DNA of 51,221 bases from a virus (lineage: Duplodnaviria; Caudoviricetes). How positions within the stretch are numbered: position 1 is the first letter of the stretch; the number at the start of each line of letters is the position of its first letter. The translations under genes were made by a program, and so were the position numbers. Location: positions 1 through 51,221 of the IMG/VR virus record IMGVR_UViG_3300026187_000022, one strand, 5' to 3'. A model generated the notes under the pieces. The model saw only the letters and a program-made list of their open reading frames with translations, was not told where the DNA came from and ran no database searches. Shown here piece by piece: positions 33,436-43,313 of the stretch.

Positions 33436-34128
33436 ATGAACACAATGATTTATAAATCAACTCAAATAGGCGAGCTGGTAGATGCCGATGCTGCCGCTGG
33501 AGTTGTAAAAGGTTATGGATCTGTTTTTGGTAATGTAGATTCCGATGGCGATGTAATCAACAAAGGAGCATACAAAAAAACAATCCAAGAAAATGGGCAG
33601 AGAATCAAATATTTGTATCAGCATGATATGGATAAGCCACTAGGTAAAATGGTACACCTAGAGGAGGATGATAAAGGTTTAATGTTTGAGGCGCAAATTC
33701 CTAAAACACAATTAGGAAAAGATGTAGTAGAACTAATGAAAGCTGGAGTGATCACTGAAAACTCTGTAGGGATTTTACCAATCCAAAAAGAAATGGGATC
33801 CGATGGATACCGCCATATCAATGAGGTTAAATTATTTGAGATCTCAGCAGTTACCTTAGCAGCTAATGATCAAGCTATGATCATGGATGTAAAAGGTAAT
33901 GTAGATCCAGAGAAGATAGCCAATCGATATGATAAAATTGCTCAATTAATCAGAAAGGGAGAAATCTCTGATGATCTGGGATACGCCTTAGAGGCGGAAA
34001 TACTAAAGCTAAAATCAATTTATGTTAATGTCACTCAGCCGATGGATATAGAAATCACTGAGCCGATCGAAGTAAAAGCTGATAATAGCGAGATTTATAA
34101 CTATTTGTTTAACACTCTTAAAAAATAA
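33436..34128 (+). CDS. Prohead protease (HK97/S78)
   Basis: GYGSVFGNVDSDGD...LYQHD...SVG...LFEISAVT.AAN. Confidence 0.93.
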   Translation: MNTMIYKSTQIGELVDADAAAGVVKGYGSVFGNVDSDGDVINKGAYKKTIQENGQRIKYLYQHDMDKPLGKMVHLEEDDKGLMFEAQIPKTQLGKDVVELMKAGVITENSVGILPIQKEMGSDGYRHINEVKLFEISAVTLAANDQAMIMDVKGNVDPEKIANRYDKIAQLIRKGEISDDLGYALEAEILKLKSIYVNVTQPMDIEITEPIEVKADNSEIYNYLFNTLKK

Positions 34129-34130
34129 TC

Positions 34131-35336
34131 ATGGAGGATAACATTAAAAAAGAACTCGATCAAATCGGAAACATAGTTGATGAGAGAATCGAGAAAGCAT
34201 TTAACCAGGCGAAAGATAACGCCAAAGGAGAAATGGAATCATCTCTAAAATCAGAGATTGATAACTTAACTTCACAATATGTGGAGAAGAGCGAAGCTCT
34301 TAACAAAAGAATGGATGAAATGGAAATGGCTGCTAAGAAAACTGCATCTGGAGCTACTCCTAAATCATTTAAATCAGCTATCGAGGGAGCGCTTAAAGAT
34401 GGCGCAATCGATGCAATGGTAAAAGGAAACGCTAACGCTGCTCGCTTTGAAGTAAAAGCAGATATGAGTTTAGGCGCTGATGTTACAGGAGTAATTGCTG
34501 CTGAAACTATCGTAGATCAAATCAAATATGATCCTAGCCGCTCAGTACATATTCGCTCTTTACTACCTTTAGGATCAACTGATGGGCAAACTATTCGTTT
34601 CCCTAAAGAATCAGCATATACCGATAACGCTGGAACTACTGCTGAGGCTGCTGCATTTGGACAATCAGATTTTGATCTAGCTGCATCTACTGTAAATGTC
34701 GAGAAAATCGGTACTTACATGAGAATCACAGGAGAGATGCTAGATGATATTAAGCAATTAACATCATATCTATCAGCTAGAGTACCAGAGAAAGTACTTT
34801 CTGTAGAGGATAACCAAATTTTAAATGGAGATGGATCATCACCAAACCTAGATGGATTGTTTACTGATGGTACTGCATTTGCAGCTGGAGATTTCGCTTT
34901 AGCTATCGAATCAGCTAATGAGTTTGATGTTTTAACTGTAGCTTTAAACCAACTAGCATTATCTAACTACCAGGCGGATACTATTTTATTGAATCCAACA
35001 GATTTACATAAAATGATCTTGTTGAAATCTACTGCTAATGAGTACTTGAGAAATCAAATCTTTAGCGGTTTACAGCCAACAATCAATGGAATCCCTGTGA
35101 CAGTAAATACTGCTGTAACTGCTGGAAAATTCTTAGTAGGAAACCTACGCCAGTCTAGCCAACTCTGGATCAGAGAAAACCTAGCTGTTGAGTTCTCAAG
35201 AGAGGACAGCGATAACTTCCAAAAGAATTTTGTAACTGTACGAGCAATGGAGAGAGTAGCTTTAACTAACTACCTACCTAATGCGATTGTACAAGGAACT
35301 TTCTCAACTGCTAAAAGTGCGTTAGAAACTGCATAA
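34131..35336 (+). CDS. Major capsid protein, HK97 fold with N-terminal delta domain
   Basis: Coiled-coil N-terminus and ILNGDG...L.G motif, downstream of the protease. Confidence 0.95.
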   Translation: MEDNIKKELDQIGNIVDERIEKAFNQAKDNAKGEMESSLKSEIDNLTSQYVEKSEALNKRMDEMEMAAKKTASGATPKSFKSAIEGALKDGAIDAMVKGNANAARFEVKADMSLGADVTGVIAAETIVDQIKYDPSRSVHIRSLLPLGSTDGQTIRFPKESAYTDNAGTTAEAAAFGQSDFDLAASTVNVEKIGTYMRITGEMLDDIKQLTSYLSARVPEKVLSVEDNQILNGDGSSPNLDGLFTDGTAFAAGDFALAIESANEFDVLTVALNQLALSNYQADTILLNPTDLHKMILLKSTANEYLRNQIFSGLQPTINGIPVTVNTAVTAGKFLVGNLRQSSQLWIRENLAVEFSREDSDNFQKNFVTVRAMERVALTNYLPNAIVQGTFSTAKSALETA

Positions 35337-35487
35337 GCAGAGGATATAGCTAAAATAGCATAATGAGAATTATGATAAAGAGGGTAACCCTAATCGGTTG
35401 CCCTTTTTTGCGTTATAGAAATAAACTGTAAATATTTTTGCAATATGTTAATATTTTATTACTTTTGAATAAATCAAACTATTTAAT

Positions 35488-35652
35488 ATGAAAAATTTAA
35501 TACACAAAATCACTAACTCTACGGAGTGGGAAGTTTTAGAAGAGCTAACAAAACCTAAGATTATTTTAGGCGCATTAGCTTTTAATGTTATGGCTTATGT
35601 TTCGATGTATGCCTTTTTAGATTTAATACTTTTTATTTATTACGATTTATAG
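35488..35652 (+). CDS. 54-aa membrane micro-protein (copy 2)
   Basis: Orthologue of 800..964. Confidence 0.8.
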   Translation: MKNLIHKITNSTEWEVLEELTKPKIILGALAFNVMAYVSMYAFLDLILFIYYDL

Positions 35653-35655
35653 ATT

Positions 35656-35802
35656 ATGAGTTTGCAGCAAAGGGTAAGGATTGTTTTGATAGTGGGATTT
35701 ATTGCCTGGGGATTTTCTCTGGGCATTAGATTCCAAGCTATATGGGATGCGATGGTTATGTTTATAATATCATTTACTTTAATACGCTATAACAATGGAT
35801 GA
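35656..35802 (+). CDS. 48-aa two-TM micro-protein (copy 2)
   Basis: Orthologue of 968..1114. Confidence 0.8.
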   Translation: MSLQQRVRIVLIVGFIAWGFSLGIRFQAIWDAMVMFIISFTLIRYNNG

Positions 35803-35929
35803 GCCATTTGAATACTATTTAAAGAGCATTAGTAATATTACTGATAAAATGTTACCAGCAGATTATTTGTATCTTAGTGATAAGATATGGGATTTCCAGG
35901 AAAGGATAGATGAAATTAAAAAAAGGTGA
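35795..35929 (+). CDS. 44-aa micro-protein (copy 2)
   Basis: Orthologue of 1107..1241. Confidence 0.78.
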   Translation: MDEPFEYYLKSISNITDKMLPADYLYLSDKIWDFQERIDEIKKR

Positions 35930-35930
35930 T

Positions 35931-36053
35931 ATGGAATTTTATGATCACACACCGCCAGATGATTACGAGGGAGGCTATTGCAGAGTTTGCGACCGCCCTT
36001 GTTATGGTAATGATATTTGCTCACAGGCGTGCTTTGAGGCGTTTATGAGATAG
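35931..36053 (+). CDS. 40-aa zinc-finger micro-protein (copy 2)
   Basis: MEFYDHTPPDDYEGGYCRVCDRPCYGNDICSQACFEAFMR. Confidence 0.8.
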   Translation: MEFYDHTPPDDYEGGYCRVCDRPCYGNDICSQACFEAFMR

Positions 36054-36124
36054 TTTTTGTTTTTCATTTGATGTTAAACCCTAGGTAAAATACTATCTAG
36101 GGTTTTTTTTGTAGCTTTGAGTTC

Positions 36125-36499
36125 GTGGACAATAACCAGAGAGGTTGTTTGGCGGAATACTTATTCGCCACTGAGTGCATGAAACGAAACTACCAGGTAT
36201 CCATGCCGCTCATAGATTCATCCCTTTACGATTGTATAGTGGATACAGGGGATCGCCTCCTAAAGATTCAAATAAAATCATCTACAAAATCTCCTACTAA
36301 TGATCGCCAAAACAGCGTTAACATTCCTATCCAAAATAATAAACGTAACTACACTCAAGAGAATATTGATTTCTTTGCTGTATGGAGTGATTTTTATAAT
36401 GGTTGGTTTATTTTTAAAAATACTGGAAAAATGCAATCAATAAGAGTATCGCTAATTGGTAAGAACAAAAAATATTTTAATAACTTTGCATTTAAGTAG
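36125..36499 (+). CDS. PD-(D/E)XK endonuclease (copy 2)
   Basis: Orthologue of 1442..1816. Confidence 0.8.
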   Translation: MDNNQRGCLAEYLFATECMKRNYQVSMPLIDSSLYDCIVDTGDRLLKIQIKSSTKSPTNDRQNSVNIPIQNNKRNYTQENIDFFAVWSDFYNGWFIFKNTGKMQSIRVSLIGKNKKYFNNFAFK

Positions 36500-36593
36500 A
36501 AATTTTTTTCTATCATAGTTTGTTTGGTTTACTATTAAAGCGCTACAATTACAGTGGCGCTTTTTTTTTATCTTTGTGGTAAATATATTCATT

Positions 36594-36791
36594 ATGAAAA
36601 TTAAAATGATTAGAGATGTTTACTCTGGTACTGCGTGGCGCAAAGAGGGTGAAATCTTAGAGCTAGATCCTAAAGTAGCACGCCAATACATCATAAAGGG
36701 TATCGGTGTAGAGTACAAAGAGGAAAAAGCAGTAAAGGAAACCAAAGAAGCTAAAGCTCCTAAAAAGCGTACCACTAAAGCCAAGAAATAA
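36594..36791 (+). CDS. Small basic hypothetical protein (copy 2)
   Basis: Orthologue of 1911..2108. Confidence 0.75.
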   Translation: MKIKMIRDVYSGTAWRKEGEILELDPKVARQYIIKGIGVEYKEEKAVKETKEAKAPKKRTTKAKK

Positions 36792-37297
36792 TGCATGATA
36801 TCAAGATCAACTCGGTAACTGGAAGCGAAGTAGTAACTACTCAAAATGTAAAAGATTTTGTGCGCATCGATACTAGCGCAGATGATACTATCATAAATCA
36901 AATGATTACAACTGCTAGAGAATGGTGTGAGAACTATATCGGAAAAGATATAGTGGCAAAAAATAGAACATTCTACCTCCAGGAAGTTGATCAGCGTTTT
37001 ACCTTGCCTTTTGCGCCTATTGCCTCAATTTCATCAGTTACATCTGAGGGAACTGCTGTAAATTATGATACTTATGGTTTAGATGATACTATAATTCAAA
37101 TAGGATCACTACCAGCCAAGGAAGTAAAGGTAACTTATGTAACTGCTGGACTTACTCATGAGCTTGTAAAGCACGCTATATTGCATTTAGTATCTACTCT
37201 GTATGATTACAGAGCAGATTTTATTGATGGCGCTGTAAATGAGGTTCCTGTAAAAACTAAGGATATTTTACAATCATTTAAAACAATGTATTTCTAA
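36791..37297 (+). CDS. Head-tail connector (copy 2)
   Basis: Orthologue of 2108..2614. Confidence 0.88.
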   Translation: MHDIKINSVTGSEVVTTQNVKDFVRIDTSADDTIINQMITTAREWCENYIGKDIVAKNRTFYLQEVDQRFTLPFAPIASISSVTSEGTAVNYDTYGLDDTIIQIGSLPAKEVKVTYVTAGLTHELVKHAILHLVSTLYDYRADFIDGAVNEVPVKTKDILQSFKTMYF

Positions 37298-37624
37298 ATG
37301 GGTGCTGGCAGATTAAATACTAGAATTGAAGTAAAGAGATTAACTAAAACATCTGATGGATTTGGCGGTACTACTTCTACAAATGCAACTGTAGAAACGC
37401 TATGGGCAAATAAAAAGGATGTAAAGGGCGATATAAAAGATACTGAGGGTAAACGAGGGCGCCAAGTTTTTATTGAATTAGAGCTAAGAAAAAAGGCAGC
37501 AGATCAGATCCTAGATAATGATTTGATCAAAATAGAGGGTAAAGATGGTTTATATAGAATAAGCGGTATCTACGATAGTAAACAGGATTTTTTTACTGTA
37601 GTGCAAGCGGTTAAATTAGATTAA
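37298..37624 (+). CDS. Head-tail adaptor/stopper (copy 2)
   Basis: One aa difference from 2615..2941. Confidence 0.85.
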   Translation: MGAGRLNTRIEVKRLTKTSDGFGGTTSTNATVETLWANKKDVKGDIKDTEGKRGRQVFIELELRKKAADQILDNDLIKIEGKDGLYRISGIYDSKQDFFTVVQAVKLD

Positions 37625-37986
37625 TGAGAATAGATTTAAATAAATCGGATTACGATAAGCTCCAGGGTAAGTTATTAAAGCTAAAAGAAATAAATAAAAC
37701 AGAGCTTAAAACTGAAATATATAAAGGTGCCTTAAATATAGCTAGAGATATGACTAAAAAAGCACCTAGAGATACTGGTAATCTAGTTGATAATATAAAA
37801 GGTTTGAAAACAATAAATGGTGCTGAAGTTAGATCAGATGCACCATATTCGGGTTATGTAGAGTTTGGTGAAAAAGAGCCAAAATTAGCTGGTAAAGAAA
37901 TACCATTTTTCTATCCAGCAATAAATAGAGGGCTGCCTAAAATTATAGCCAGCGTAGATAACAAAATAAAAAGATTACTTAAATAA
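37624..37986 (+). CDS. HK97 gp10-like protein (copy 2, divergent allele)
   Basis: APRDTGNL...YSGYVEFG...PFFYP. About 40 of 120 aa differ from copy 1. Confidence 0.88.
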   Translation: MRIDLNKSDYDKLQGKLLKLKEINKTELKTEIYKGALNIARDMTKKAPRDTGNLVDNIKGLKTINGAEVRSDAPYSGYVEFGEKEPKLAGKEIPFFYPAINRGLPKIIASVDNKIKRLLK

Positions 37987-38420
37987 TGGAGGCGATACAT
38001 TTCATAAGGAGAGCGATTATAAACCGCCTAACAGATGCAATTACTGTTAATGGCAGTTATGTACAAATTTATAATAGGGTGCCTAACGATGCATCTGAGC
38101 CATATATAAGAGTTTACTCGGTTGATTCTAATGAGGTGGATCAGAACGCTGATAGCTTTATGCTAGATTGCGCCACCAGGATTGAAGTAGTTACATCTTT
38201 TGTAGGTGATGATGGCGGTGAGCTACAGGCTAATCAAATAGCATCAGAAATACTAGATTTAATCAGAACGAGATCAGATAATTATTTTGATTTGAGTGCT
38301 GATGGATTTAATGTTTACACTTGCACAAACGAGGGGACCAGCTATCTATATGAGGATGGCGTAGATAAAACGTACTTTAGAGCTGTATTGAGCATCTCTA
38401 ATAGAGTAGAACAATTATGA
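37986..38420 (+). CDS. Tail terminator (copy 2)
   Basis: Two aa differences from 3303..3737. Confidence 0.75.
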   Translation: MEAIHFIRRAIINRLTDAITVNGSYVQIYNRVPNDASEPYIRVYSVDSNEVDQNADSFMLDCATRIEVVTSFVGDDGGELQANQIASEILDLIRTRSDNYFDLSADGFNVYTCTNEGTSYLYEDGVDKTYFRAVLSISNRVEQL

Positions 38421-38572
38421 AAATGGAGAATTTTAAAATCTGGGGAATTAACTTATCAGCATTAGGGATATCATTAGTGAATATAAATTCAATTTTAACA
38501 ACGCTTGTTCTATTAGTATCATTAGTTTGGACTGTTATACAAATAAGCGATAAACTTAATAAAAGAAAATGA
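38417..38572 (+). CDS. Putative small holin with MKM start (copy 2)
   Basis: Orthologue of 3734..3889. Confidence 0.7.
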   Translation: MKMENFKIWGINLSALGISLVNINSILTTLVLLVSLVWTVIQISDKLNKRK

Positions 38573-38853
38573 GCAAAATCGATCTCGATGGCGATGGAAA
38601 AGCTGATATCAGCATCTCGCTAACCCAAATCATTACGATAGCTGCTATGTTTGCATCTATCATAGGATCATATTATACACTCTCAAATAGAATTACTATC
38701 GCAGAGGAGGAAGTTTCTAAATTAAAATATAACCAAAAAGAATACACCTGGAAAAATCAGAGAAACCTAGAGGATGAAGTTAAATCTATGAAACTAGAAA
38801 TGAGAGATTTCATGAAGGATTTAGAATGGATTCAAAAGGACAAGCGTAGGTGA
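38569..38853 (+). CDS. Single-TM coiled-coil protein (copy 2)
   Basis: Orthologue of 3886..4170. Confidence 0.75.
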   Translation: MSKIDLDGDGKADISISLTQIITIAAMFASIIGSYYTLSNRITIAEEEVSKLKYNQKEYTWKNQRNLEDEVKSMKLEMRDFMKDLEWIQKDKRR

Positions 38854-38897
38854 AAACAGGAACTGTAGGAAGTACTTTAAATTTAAATACAATTAAT

Positions 38898-39065
38898 ATG
38901 GATACAATTATGATTATTATCGCTGGAGTTATTGCAATCTCAGCAATCGCTATGGTATTAGCATCTTATAACATTGTTAAAGATGATAACGGAAATAAAA
39001 TACCAGATTGGGTAGAGGATAAATTTGCAGATATTAAAGAGGAAATTAAAAAACTTAAAAAATAA
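38898..39065 (+). CDS. Single-TM micro-protein (copy 2)
   Basis: Orthologue of 4221..4388. Confidence 0.72.
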   Translation: MDTIMIIIAGVIAISAIAMVLASYNIVKDDNGNKIPDWVEDKFADIKEEIKKLKK

Positions 39066-39068
39066 GCA

Positions 39069-39530
39069 ATGAGATTCATCAGCAAACATATCAGCTGGAG
39101 GGAGGCGAGTCACTCAGCGACAGCGGAGAAAAAAGAAATCGAGAACACACCGAACGAGGTGGCTGTGCAAAACATGAAAAAACTTGCGAAAAATGTATTC
39201 GAGCCGCTCAGAGAATGGGCAAACGAGCCGATTCGTGTAAATAGTTTTTATAGATCTATAGATTTAAATGATGCTATCAAAGGGAGTAGAACATCTCAAC
39301 ACACCAAAGGGCAAGCTATTGATATAGATGCTATGGGTGAAAAAACAAACGCTGATTTATTTCACTATATAAAAGATGAATTAGATTTCGATCAGCTTAT
39401 CTGGGAGTTTGGGGATGATGAAAATCCAGATTGGATTCATGTTTCTTATGTAGGTCCAGGAGGAAACAGAAAAGCTGTTTTAAAAGCTATTAAGAAAGGA
39501 AAAAAAACCACATACGAAATATATGCTTAA
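39069..39530 (+). CDS. Endolysin, peptidase M15 (copy 2)
   Basis: SQHTKGQAID and WIHVSY motifs. Confidence 0.92.
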   Translation: MRFISKHISWREASHSATAEKKEIENTPNEVAVQNMKKLAKNVFEPLREWANEPIRVNSFYRSIDLNDAIKGSRTSQHTKGQAIDIDAMGEKTNADLFHYIKDELDFDQLIWEFGDDENPDWIHVSYVGPGGNRKAVLKAIKKGKKTTYEIYA

Positions 39531-39897
39531 ATTTTTATTATCTCTACTGCGTAAAGGCGATAAAGGCAATACTAATCTAGGCGGTTTAGCTTTAGATATT
39601 AGAGAGGCAATAAAAGGCAAAGAGATGGATCCTCAGCGCCTTATAGAACTCCAGGCAGAGATTAATAAAGTTGAGGCTCAGAATCGGCATTGGTTTGTTT
39701 CCTCTTGGCGCCCATTTATAGGATGGATTTGTGGTATAGCTTTTGGCTTTCATTATATAGTAATGCCGCTGCTTTTAGCTTATACAGATATAAAGCCAGT
39801 TGAGTTTGATACGAATAGCCTTTTTACTGTACTTATGGGGATGCTAGGCTTAGGCGGATTAAGAACATACGAGAAATTAAAAGATAAAACTAAATAA
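39523..39897 (+). CDS. Holin of 3 TMs (copy 2)
   Basis: Orthologue of 4846..5220. Confidence 0.88.
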   Translation: MLKFLLSLLRKGDKGNTNLGGLALDIREAIKGKEMDPQRLIELQAEINKVEAQNRHWFVSSWRPFIGWICGIAFGFHYIVMPLLLAYTDIKPVEFDTNSLFTVLMGMLGLGGLRTYEKLKDKTK

Positions 39898-40193
39898 TGG
39901 CTACTAAGGATTTATACTCAGCTAATAACTTTCACCGGATGAGTTTTGGTGATTTTGGTATGCGCACACTCATAAAGGGTGCTGCTAATTTAACAACGCC
40001 TAGCGGTGAATATTATTGTATGATTGAATGTATTTTATCAGCAACTTTTAGCGGCACTAATGATACGCCAGCTGGTGATACAAATCTAGTAGATTATGAT
40101 CTTTTAGATGGGCAGATTATTTATGGCAATTTTACTGATTTAACACTAACTAAAGGGCATATAATAGCTTATTTACGCCATGTGCCACAATGA
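39897..40193 (+). CDS. Hypothetical virion protein (copy 2)
   Basis: Orthologue of 5220..5516. Confidence 0.75.
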   Translation: MATKDLYSANNFHRMSFGDFGMRTLIKGAANLTTPSGEYYCMIECILSATFSGTNDTPAGDTNLVDYDLLDGQIIYGNFTDLTLTKGHIIAYLRHVPQ

Positions 40194-40324
40194 TAGGAGT
40201 ACAAAGAACTTTAAAGCAAAAAGCTGGTAGGTTTAGAAAAAAGGTTATTGAAAAAATAAAGGATCTGTTTTGGCATAGGCGAAATGATAGATTTGAAGAT
40301 ATAGATGATAATTGGGATAGTTAA
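40190..40324 (+). CDS. 44-aa hypothetical protein (copy 2)
   Basis: Orthologue of 5513..5647. Confidence 0.75.
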   Translation: MIGVQRTLKQKAGRFRKKVIEKIKDLFWHRRNDRFEDIDDNWDS

Positions 40325-40353
40325 AAATCCTTAAATTTGTAGAAAATACTTAG

Positions 40354-43311
40354 ATGGCATCATATACTGGCAATAAAATAAAAGATACATATCAATCAAT
40401 AGTGAAAGCTATTGATAATGATGAGATAGGTGCAACTGATAAACAGCTTACCGATGGAGTGGGCAATGAGCTTGGACTTCATGTAAATACAGATGGCGAT
40501 CTCAGAGTAGAGGGTGATCTAAGGGTAGATGGTGCTATAAAAGATTCACTAAATTCGCCAGGTACATCTGGGCAAATTCTAAAAAGTACTCTAACTGGTA
40601 CAGATTGGGTTGATGTTTCCGATGTAGCAGTCCAATCAATTACAGGCGGAACTGGAATAGATGCTGATGCTAGCCAGGGTGATGTTACACTTTCAGTTAA
40701 TACAGAGGATCTACAGGATCTAATCGGTGCTATGGTTTCTGGAAATACCGAAACAAATATCCAGGTAACCTATGATGATACAAATGGAAAGCTAAATTTT
40801 GTATCTACTGATTTTGATACTACTTATACTGCTGGCACTGGTTTAGATTTAACTGGTACAGTTTTTAGCCATGATAATACATCAGATGAATCCAGCTCTA
40901 CAAACACTGGTAGAACTTACATTCAAAGTATTCAACTAGATCAATTTGGTCATGTTACTGGTATATCTACTGCAACTGAAACAACCGAAACAATAACGCT
41001 AACAGCTGGTAGCGGAATAGATATATCTGGCTATAATATTAGCCATGAGGATACTTCATCTCAAGGTAGTGTATCTAATACAGGATCTGATTTTATTCAA
41101 TCTATTACATTAGATACCTTTGGGCATATAACTGCAATCAGTACAGCTAGTGTAGCCGATACTACATATAGCGCTGATGAGGTAACACTTACAGAAACAT
41201 CAGAAATATTTAGTATTAAAAATGGCGGAGTAGATACTACACAATTAGCATCTAACTCAGTTACTGATGATAAAATAGCTGCTGATTCAGTAGGTGCTAG
41301 TGAGTTAAAAATAACAGGCAACGGAACTGCTGGGCAAGTTATCGTATCAGATGGCGATGGTACATTTTCTTATGATGATGTAGTTACTTCGGTAACTGCT
41401 GGAAACGCCTTAGCTGTAGATACTACTACTGGAGATTTAACTGTTTCAGTAAGTAATAACGCTATAGGATCTGATGAGTTGAATGTTTCTGGAGATGGTA
41501 CATCTGGACAGTATTTAACATCTGATGGAGATGGCTCCTTTTCCTGGACTACTGGAACTGGTGGAGGTGGTGGTAATACTGTAAACCTAGAAGTATCTAA
41601 AGATTCTTTTACAGGCACAGGATCTAAAAGCACTCATACTATTTCTGATAGTGTTGATTCAGTAGATCAAATCTCTGTTTATTACGATGGTGTTTATCAA
41701 AATAATGATGATGGTTTAGAGTTTTCAGTAAGCGGAACTACATTAACATTTACAACAGCTCCAGAGAGTGGTGTAGAAGTTGAAATTGTAACTTTAGCGC
41801 CAGGATCCGATACTTTAATCAGCGGTACTGGTACAACTAATTATTTACCAAAGTTTACAGCAAATCACGAAATAGCTAATTCTAGCATCTCTGAATCTAG
41901 CGAGGTTATAGATATAGATACTACAGGCGCACTCGTATTGCCAGTATCTACTACTGCAAACCGCCCAGCTGCTCCAGAGGTAGGAATGGTGAGATACAAT
42001 ACTAGCACTTCTAAATATGAAACTTACTCTGGTAGTGCCTGGGAAAATTTACGCCCTACTGCTGGAGGTGGAATAGGATTTACATCTAATACATATAGTG
42101 TAGCTGCTGGATCTGGTTTAACACAGGAAACAAACGGAATAGCACACGCTGATACATCTAACCAGGCAAGCTCTACAAATTCTGGCGGCACAGTAATTCA
42201 ATCAATCTCAGTAGATGGATTTGGGCATATTACCAATATAGGCACAGCCGATGTATCATTAACTGATACAACTTATAGTGCTGGCGGTGGAATGGCACTA
42301 ACTTCTACAACTTTTGCGCACGCTGATACATCAACTCAAGCGAGTTCTAGTAACACTGGGCGCACTTATATTCAATCCGTAGGATTAGATACCTATGGTC
42401 ATGTTACAAGTTTATCAACTGCTACAGAAACTGTTACAGATACAACGTATTCAGCTGGATCTGGCGTAGATTTAACAGGCACTACATTTAGCCATAGTGA
42501 TACATCTACCCAAGCTAGTAGTACAAATACAGGGCGTACCTATATACAATCTATCGGAGTTGATACCTATGGGCATATCACTTCAATAGGTACAGGAACT
42601 GAAACAGCAACTGATACAACTTATAGCGCCAGCGGTAATGGTTTAGATTTAACTGGAACTGCATTTAGTCACGCTGATACCTCTAGTTTAGCCTCTACCT
42701 CTAATACTGGTAGAACATATATCCAGAATGTAACTGTAGATGAGTTTGGACACCTTACAGGAGTAACCACAGCTACAGAAACTGCTGGAGAGGGTAGCAC
42801 TTATACTGCTGGATCTGGATTAGATTTATCTGGATCAAACGTATTTAGTGTAGAGCCAGATCTTAGAGATGGGATTACTCATATAGGATTAGATACAAGC
42901 GATTATATAAACTTTGTAAATAATACTAGAATAGATTTCTTTGTTAATGGTACAAATGAAATGCAATTAAAATCAAATGGGGAACTACATGTAGATGGCG
43001 ATATTATTGCATTTTCTACCACTACCTCATCTGATGAGCGTTTAAAAGATAACATTAAAGAAATAGAGAGCGCCACTGATAAATTAAAACAACTTAAAGG
43101 AGTTGAGTTTACCTGGAAAAAGAATGGTAAAAATGGCGGTGGGGTAATTGCACAGGATGTAGAAAAAGTATTACCAGGAGCTGTAAAAGATATTGAATCC
43201 CTAGAGGGCGATAAAAGCTATAAGGCGGTAGATTATAACGCTATCATAGGTTTACTAATACAAACAAATAAAGAACTATTAGAACGTATAGAAACGCTTG
43301 AAAATAAATAG
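40354..43311 (+). CDS. Long fibre protein with S74 chaperone (copy 2)
   Basis: Orthologue of 5677..8634, same length. Confidence 0.92.
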   Translation: MASYTGNKIKDTYQSIVKAIDNDEIGATDKQLTDGVGNELGLHVNTDGDLRVEGDLRVDGAIKDSLNSPGTSGQILKSTLTGTDWVDVSDVAVQSITGGTGIDADASQGDVTLSVNTEDLQDLIGAMVSGNTETNIQVTYDDTNGKLNFVSTDFDTTYTAGTGLDLTGTVFSHDNTSDESSSTNTGRTYIQSIQLDQFGHVTGISTATETTETITLTAGSGIDISGYNISHEDTSSQGSVSNTGSDFIQSITLDTFGHITAISTASVADTTYSADEVTLTETSEIFSIKNGGVDTTQLASNSVTDDKIAADSVGASELKITGNGTAGQVIVSDGDGTFSYDDVVTSVTAGNALAVDTTTGDLTVSVSNNAIGSDELNVSGDGTSGQYLTSDGDGSFSWTTGTGGGGGNTVNLEVSKDSFTGTGSKSTHTISDSVDSVDQISVYYDGVYQNNDDGLEFSVSGTTLTFTTAPESGVEVEIVTLAPGSDTLISGTGTTNYLPKFTANHEIANSSISESSEVIDIDTTGALVLPVSTTANRPAAPEVGMVRYNTSTSKYETYSGSAWENLRPTAGGGIGFTSNTYSVAAGSGLTQETNGIAHADTSNQASSTNSGGTVIQSISVDGFGHITNIGTADVSLTDTTYSAGGGMALTSTTFAHADTSTQASSSNTGRTYIQSVGLDTYGHVTSLSTATETVTDTTYSAGSGVDLTGTTFSHSDTSTQASSTNTGRTYIQSIGVDTYGHITSIGTGTETATDTTYSASGNGLDLTGTAFSHADTSSLASTSNTGRTYIQNVTVDEFGHLTGVTTATETAGEGSTYTAGSGLDLSGSNVFSVEPDLRDGITHIGLDTSDYINFVNNTRIDFFVNGTNEMQLKSNGELHVDGDIIAFSTTTSSDERLKDNIKEIESATDKLKQLKGVEFTWKKNGKNGGGVIAQDVEKVLPGAVKDIESLEGDKSYKAVDYNAIIGLLIQTNKELLERIETLENK

Positions 43312-43313
43312 TA

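Larger units (their letters stand above)
1..34687 (+). mobile_element. One complete circularly permuted siphovirus genome unit (about 34.7 kb), probable Bacteroidota phage
   Basis: Full set of packaging, head, neck, tail, lysis and replication genes, all on +. Position 1 (tactgtaaatgtcga) recurs at 34688 inside the capsid gene. Confidence 0.93.

Noticed and set aside
1-34687. Integrated prophage or tandem prophage array
   Set aside because: No integrase, att-like flanks, divergent repressor or host genes. The unit closes on itself inside the capsid gene.
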